Source: Octopus bimaculoides
Lineage: Eukaryota
NCBI RefSeq assembly: GCF_001194135.2
Contig: NC_068981.1
Span: 33,529,553 to 33,593,552 of the forward strand
DNA length: 64,000 bases
Direction: 5' to 3'
Under the pieces are notes generated by a model. The model did no database searches. It had not been told where the DNA came from and saw only the letters and a list, made by a program, of their open reading frames with translations. Below, piece by piece: positions 58,601 to 64,000 of the stretch (within the stretch, counting starts at the first letter, position 1; every line of letters begins with the position of its first letter). The translations under genes were made by a program, and so were the position numbers.

Positions 58601-61600
58601 ATCAGCAATCTGGTCAAAATGTTTACCAGCGTTTCATCTGTCTTTATGTTCTGAGTTCAGATTCTGCCATGGTTCACTTTCCTTTCGTCCTTTCAGTGTT
58701 GATAAAATAAGTACCAGTTGAGGACTGTGTTTAATGTTATCAACTTAACCCCTCCCCTGAAATTTTTGACCTTGTGCCAAAATTTGAAGCCAATATTATT
58801 ATTATTTAAAAACATGAAGGTGAGTTGGCAGAACCCTTAGCAATCCAGACAAAATGCTTAGCAGCATTTCATCTGTCTTTATGTTCTGAGTTCATATTCC
58901 ACCATGGTCAACTTTGCCTTTCATGCTTTTTGGAGTTGATAAAATAAATACTAGTCAAGTGCTGGGGTCCATGTAATTGACTCCTCCTTCCCCTCAGAAA
59001 CTGCTGGCTTTGTGCCAAAATTTGAAGCCAATATTATTATTAACTACTGATTGAGTAACCTCTATTAACACTTGTGATCATATTCCTAACAAAGATATAG
59101 GCCTCAATATTTTAATTTTTAAAATAAGATTTATAAAAACATTTAGGGAAAAGTTTGCCCCACCCACATGACCTCAAGTTCAGTCCCACTTCATGTGGCA
59201 CCTTGGACAGGCGTCTTCTATTATAGCCTCAGGCTGGCCAAGGCCTTGTGAGTGGATTTAGTAAACAAAAACTGAAAAATGGCCGTATCATATATATATA
59301 TCTGTATGTGTGTGTGTGTTTGTCCTCTACAACTGGTGTTGGTGTGTTTACATTCCTGTAACTTAGCAGTTTGGCAAAAGAGATCAACAGAATAAGTACC
59401 AGGCTTAAAAAAACGTACTGGGGTCAATTTTGCCTTTCATCCTTCCAGGATCAATAAAGCACCAATCTAGGGCAGAGGTTTGGTAGAATTACTAGAGTTA
59501 GATGGGATGCTTTTTACGTTCTAGGTCCAAGTTCCACCATGGCTTCCTTGGCTAACTAGAATATAATTCACACCTGATTTAAAGCTACTACTTGGTCATC
59601 CGTTGCCTTTAACGGATTCCACTTTCTTGCAAGGTTTCTGGTTTGACAATAAACTTTCTCTTCCTCTTATAAAGAGTCTTGGGCCCTTCCCTCTTGACTA
59701 AGCTATAAAAAAATATTTTAAGATATATAAGCTAATATGGAAAGGATTAAACAAAATATTTACTCTAGAAAATAGGATTTCCTCTTTAGTAACGTTGTGT
59801 GTGTGTGTGTGTGTGTGGTTTGTTTGCTTTTTTAACTTGTTTTCAGTATTTTGACTTATTTTTCAGGATTGTTTAATGTGACATGGATCCAAGTTTAACT
59901 TATTGAAGTAACAACATGCTTTACACAAAAGTTGCAAAAAATTACTAGGTTTATAAAATTGATTACACCTTTTTTTTTTTCATCTTTTACTTGTTTCAGT
60001 CATTGGACTGCGCCCATGCTGGGGCACCTCCTTGAAAGATTGACCCTAGTACTTATTTTTCAAAGTCTGGCTTCTTCTTCTATTAGTTTGTTGCTGAACT
60101 GCTAAATTATGGGGACATAAATGAACCAACACCAGATGTCAAATGTTGGGAGGAACAGACATACATACAGAATGGGTTTGTTTCAGTTTCATGAAAATTA
60201 CCCCCAGTACACTCTATAAAGTGTGAGAGTGTGAATACCTTTTAGTCTTGTCAAGGATGTGACACCTCTAGTGCTGGTGCTGTGATAAAAGCACCCAGTA
60301 TACTCTGTGAAGTGGTTGGTGTTAGAAAGGTCATCTAGCTGTAAAAACCAAACCAAAAATAAAATGTGAGCAAGATGAGGTCCCTTGACCCATCTAGGGG
60401 AGTGCATGCTGATTCCAGCCATGACGAGGACCCACCAAACCAATCTATGCTAACAAGGAAAATAGACATAAAACATTGATGATTTATAATGTAGTTGGCA
60501 TATATCCTATAAACTACTGCTACTACTGATGCTGCTGTTTGTGTATCTAATATGTGAGAATGCAAAACTACTACTTTTATGGCTGCTGTTATCTTTAAAA
60601 AATATGATCTTGTCTTAGCCCCCACCTCAACCAACCCATATACTTTTTCCTTTATTTATTTATATATATTTTTTTCATTTGTGTTGTAATTCTCCCAGCA
60701 ATCAAAATCTGTAACATAACCAGAAAAAAAGTTACAATACCAGCAGTTTTTATCCCCCTTCCTCTAATACCTATTAAACTTTTTTAGTTATTTATGATAA
60801 AACTTTTTCATACCGCTGCAAATCATGAGCTATCTAGCTACCTATAGCAAGCAAATAATTCTGCACAATAGGGATGGTTTTATCTATTACTGTATACAAT
60901 AGTTTACAACAATCTTATCCATTTCTGACATTTTTCTATAAAGATTGAAACTGAACATCAACCATATAATTCACTGTTCAGACTTGTGAAGGCAATGGCC
61001 ACTGACTAAATAGATTGTTTTTCTTTTAATTATTTATTCAAATTTATGCAGTTGCACAGGAAGACTAAATTGAGTATAGTTAAGTACTTGGCTTACAATT
61101 CTTCTTAATTTCGACACAAGGCCAGTAAATTTTAGGATGGTGGGGCAAGTTCGTTACATTGGCCTAACTACTTGGCTGTTATTTTATTTTATCAATCATG
61201 AAAAGATGAGAGGCATTGTTGACCTTGGCAAGATTTGAACTTAAAATGTAAAGAATCAGAAGAAATGTCACTAAGCATATTCATCGATGTGCAAATAATT
61301 CTGATGGCTTCTCATCTTATGTTTTACTTATAATGAATGCCATATCTATAGCAATAAGGAGCCAAGCTAGCAGAACTATTAGCATGGCAGACAAAATACT
61401 TAGCAACATTTCATGCGTCTTTTTGTTCTGAGTTGACTTTGCTTTTCATCCTTTCAGGGTTGATAAAATAAGTACCAATGGCGATCAATATAACTGACTA
61501 ACTCCCTCTCCTGAACTTGTTGGCCCCGTAACAAAATTTTAAACCAATATCTATAGCAAATAATCACTTTCTTAACTTTGGAGAAATTTCCGTCTGACAC

Positions 61601-63419
61601 TTCCAATATGTTGTCAGTGTAAAAGCAAATATTTTAAATAATATTCTTTTATTATTGATACAGGTGCAGGCATAACTGTGTGGCTAAGAATCTTGCTTTT
61701 CAGTCACATGATTTCAGGTTAAGTCCCACTATGCAGCACCATGGGTGTGTAACTTTTTCAATATCCCAGGATAATCAATGCCTCATGAGTAAAATTGGCA
61801 GACAGAAACTGTGTGGAAGCCTGTTTATGTGTGCATATCTTTGGGTTTACGTTTACTCTCTCCACTGCTTGACAACGACTGTTGGTTTGGTTATGTCAGT
61901 ATAACTTAGTAATTCAGCAAAAGACATTGATACAATAAGTACCAGATTTAAAAATAAGTGCTGGGGTTGGTTTGTTAGATTAAACCCTTCATGGTAGTGC
62001 CCCAGTATGGTTGCAGTCCAATGACTGAAACAAGTAAAAGTTAACAGATAATGGTAACAAAATCCATGAAAAAAAAATGGGTCATAAGATTACCATCAAA
62101 ACTTCCTTTTCATGAGATTTACCTGAAGTCAAATCAGTAGCGTTCATCACTCTTTAAGATTTATCCAGAGGAGAATTTTAATTCAACTCAACAAACTAAG
62201 CTATTGAGGTAACCTCTGATTGGTTGTTGACCCATCAGGAATTGTAGCTAAACTGCTCATATCACAATGTCTTTGAAAGAGGAAAGCCATATCATTTAAC
62301 ATAGTTTTAGACAAACTATATCTGAGGATGAAGGGTCAGTCATGAATGTCTTGATCATAGGTCTGTTCCACTAGGAAAAAACAGGCAAAACACAAGTCAC
62401 TCACAAAGACGTATATAATTGTATGTACCATGCTTTCATGAATTATTTTAGATGCTTGTGTAATTGCAAGCAAACATAAACACTGCCTTGGTAGTCTCAC
62501 TCAACCCTTGATCCTGTGGAACATCCAGGATGTGATAAATAGAGGGAGAAACAGCTGCACCAGCACTCAACGGGTACTCATTATAGCCGAGTTGACTGGA
62601 GCAATACAAAATCAAGTGCCTTGCTTAAAAACACAACACACTGCTCAGTTAAGGAATTGAACCTATGACTTTATGACTGCAAGTTTGTAAGCACTAGGCT
62701 ACATAACTTCATTCAGCCAGTGCTAAATAACTGTATCAGTTTTACATTGCTGCTTACCCTGCAGTATCTGTTTGCTACTAGTTAGACCACAACACTAGAG
62801 AGTTAGCTGTCTGTCAACACACATCATAGCTGTCTGATACTCTATTCTCTTTGCAGCCCATTCTCTTTCATACATATATATATGTGGATGTGTGTGTACC
62901 TGCAGATATAGTATGGTTCTATTTTTATAAAAAATTTTTTTTAGCTAAAACATAAAGCGATTGAAACAAGTTAGTCAGGAATGTGTGTGTGCAGTTAATG
63001 TCTATGTATTTTGTTCATTTGCTTGTTCATTTTATATCTGTTTTGCCATACTAGCATAGGTTAAACAGAAACATTATAAGGGCATTGTTTTACAGGTAGA
63101 TGAGCCTCAGGTCACTAATTCTTACCTGTTTTTCAAGTAAGGGACTTTTCATTCCACTTCTCTTTAAAAGTGTAGAGCTATCAGATGATTTAATGAGAAG
63201 AAAATGTCAACAAACATTGCTAGCCTTAGTTTAGCTTAGTGCAGTATGTAAGTGTTCACACACTCACACTTCATTTTGTTGAACTGAATTAAAATTCTCC
63301 TCTGGATAAAACTCAAAGAGTGATGAACTCTGTTCTATATTTTAGAGATGAGGAATTCTGTACATTATTTACATTATTTACATTGGATGGATATGTGTCC
63401 TCATCTTGTTTGTTGTTAC

Positions 63420-63461
63420 CACAATGTTTCAGCTGATTTACTCTCCAGCCTTCATCAGGTG
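63420..63461 (-). ncRNA. Minimal type I hammerhead ribozyme motif (Penelope-type), probably decayed
   Basis: Minus strand reads CAC-CTGATGA-A-GGCTG-gagagtaaat-CAGCT-GAAAC-ATT-GTG. Both core boxes are present, stem II is 5 bp and stem I is CAC/GTG. The two deviations (CCG>CTG, ACG>ACA) are CpG-type changes. Confidence 0.6.
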
Positions 63462-63582
63462 TCCTGGTAGAATTTTGAACCCAACCTCCTAAGCAGTCCT
63501 AGTGCGGATATGAGTAGAATATGGGAACCAGCATTAAGGAAGGATACAAAAATATTAGGGTTATAAGCCCTAAAATTTACTC

Positions 63583-63669
63583 TATAATTGTCTAATGGTT
63601 AAGAGCACAGGCTACTTACACGAAGATTGTGAGTTCAATTCCAGGAAGTGCCTTGAATAAATAATAATG
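63583..63669 (+). mobile_element. Short tRNA-like SINE head with (AAT)n, interrupted by the RTE RT fragment
   Basis: TAATGGTTAAGAGC (A box) ..GAGTTCAATTCC (B box), then AATAAATAATAATGATAAC. No intact cloverleaf. Confidence 0.6.
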
Positions 63670-64000
63670 ATAACAAATAATTACAGAGGCATCAAGCTGT
63701 TAGATCAGGTTATGAAAGTTACGGAGAGGGTCATAGCCCAACTAATTAGGGAGCGAATCAATTTAGATGAGATGCAGTTTGGGTTCGTGCCAGGTAAAAG
63801 CACTACTGATGCCATATTTCTAGTGAGACAGCTGCAGGAGAAATACCTAGCCAAGGATAAACCTCTGTACCTGGCCTTCGTTGACATGGAGAAAGCCTTT
63901 GACAGGGTCCCCCAATCCCTTATCTGGTGGTCAATGAGGAAACATGTGATAGAAGAATGGTTAGTGAGAGCTGTGTGAGCCATGTACAGAGATGCTGCCA
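63670..64000 (+). mobile_element. RTE-clade LINE reverse transcriptase fragment, 5'-truncated, runs off the window
   Basis: NYRGIKLL..QFGFVPGKSTTDAIFLVRQLQEKY..AFVDMEKAFDRVP covers RT domains 0-3, with an in-frame TGA at 63976-63978. Confidence 0.93.

Overview
This is AT-rich eukaryotic draft-assembly DNA with about nine N gaps, long (TA)n/(TG)n tracts and dense interspersed repeats. The repeat content looks like an octopus (coleoid cephalopod) genome; that is my inference, not a database result. I can reconstruct one host gene: a six-coding-exon TRAF2-like gene on the + strand (15625-52980). All introns are GT-AG with consistent phases, giving 431 aa: RING, three zinc fingers, a short coiled coil and a MATH/TRAF-C domain. 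The rest is mostly transposon debris: RTE LINEs (RT fragment, C-terminal fragment, about 15 3'-tail copies), CR1-like and HERO-like (REL) non-LTR fragments, two mariner copies, a maT/DD37D-like Tc1 remnant, a Helitron helicase fragment, two hAT MITEs with perfect 8-bp TSDs, TTAA-flanked piggyBac-like MITEs and two tRNA-derived SINE families. The most notable unannotated signals are: (1) a minimal Penelope-type hammerhead ribozyme motif at 63420-63461 (-), with weaker candidates at about 18.3 kb and 9.6 kb; (2) an ISRE plus NF-kB motif pair in the CpG-rich zone upstream of the TRAF gene; (3) near-identical inverted RTE tails bracketing TRAF exons 2 and 3; (4) two similar GC-rich hairpins in the TRAF 3' UTR; (5) a NAGNAGNAG acceptor inside zinc finger 1. 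I found no CRISPR array, rRNA or bona fide tRNA gene, and I cannot support a wholly new multi-gene system.
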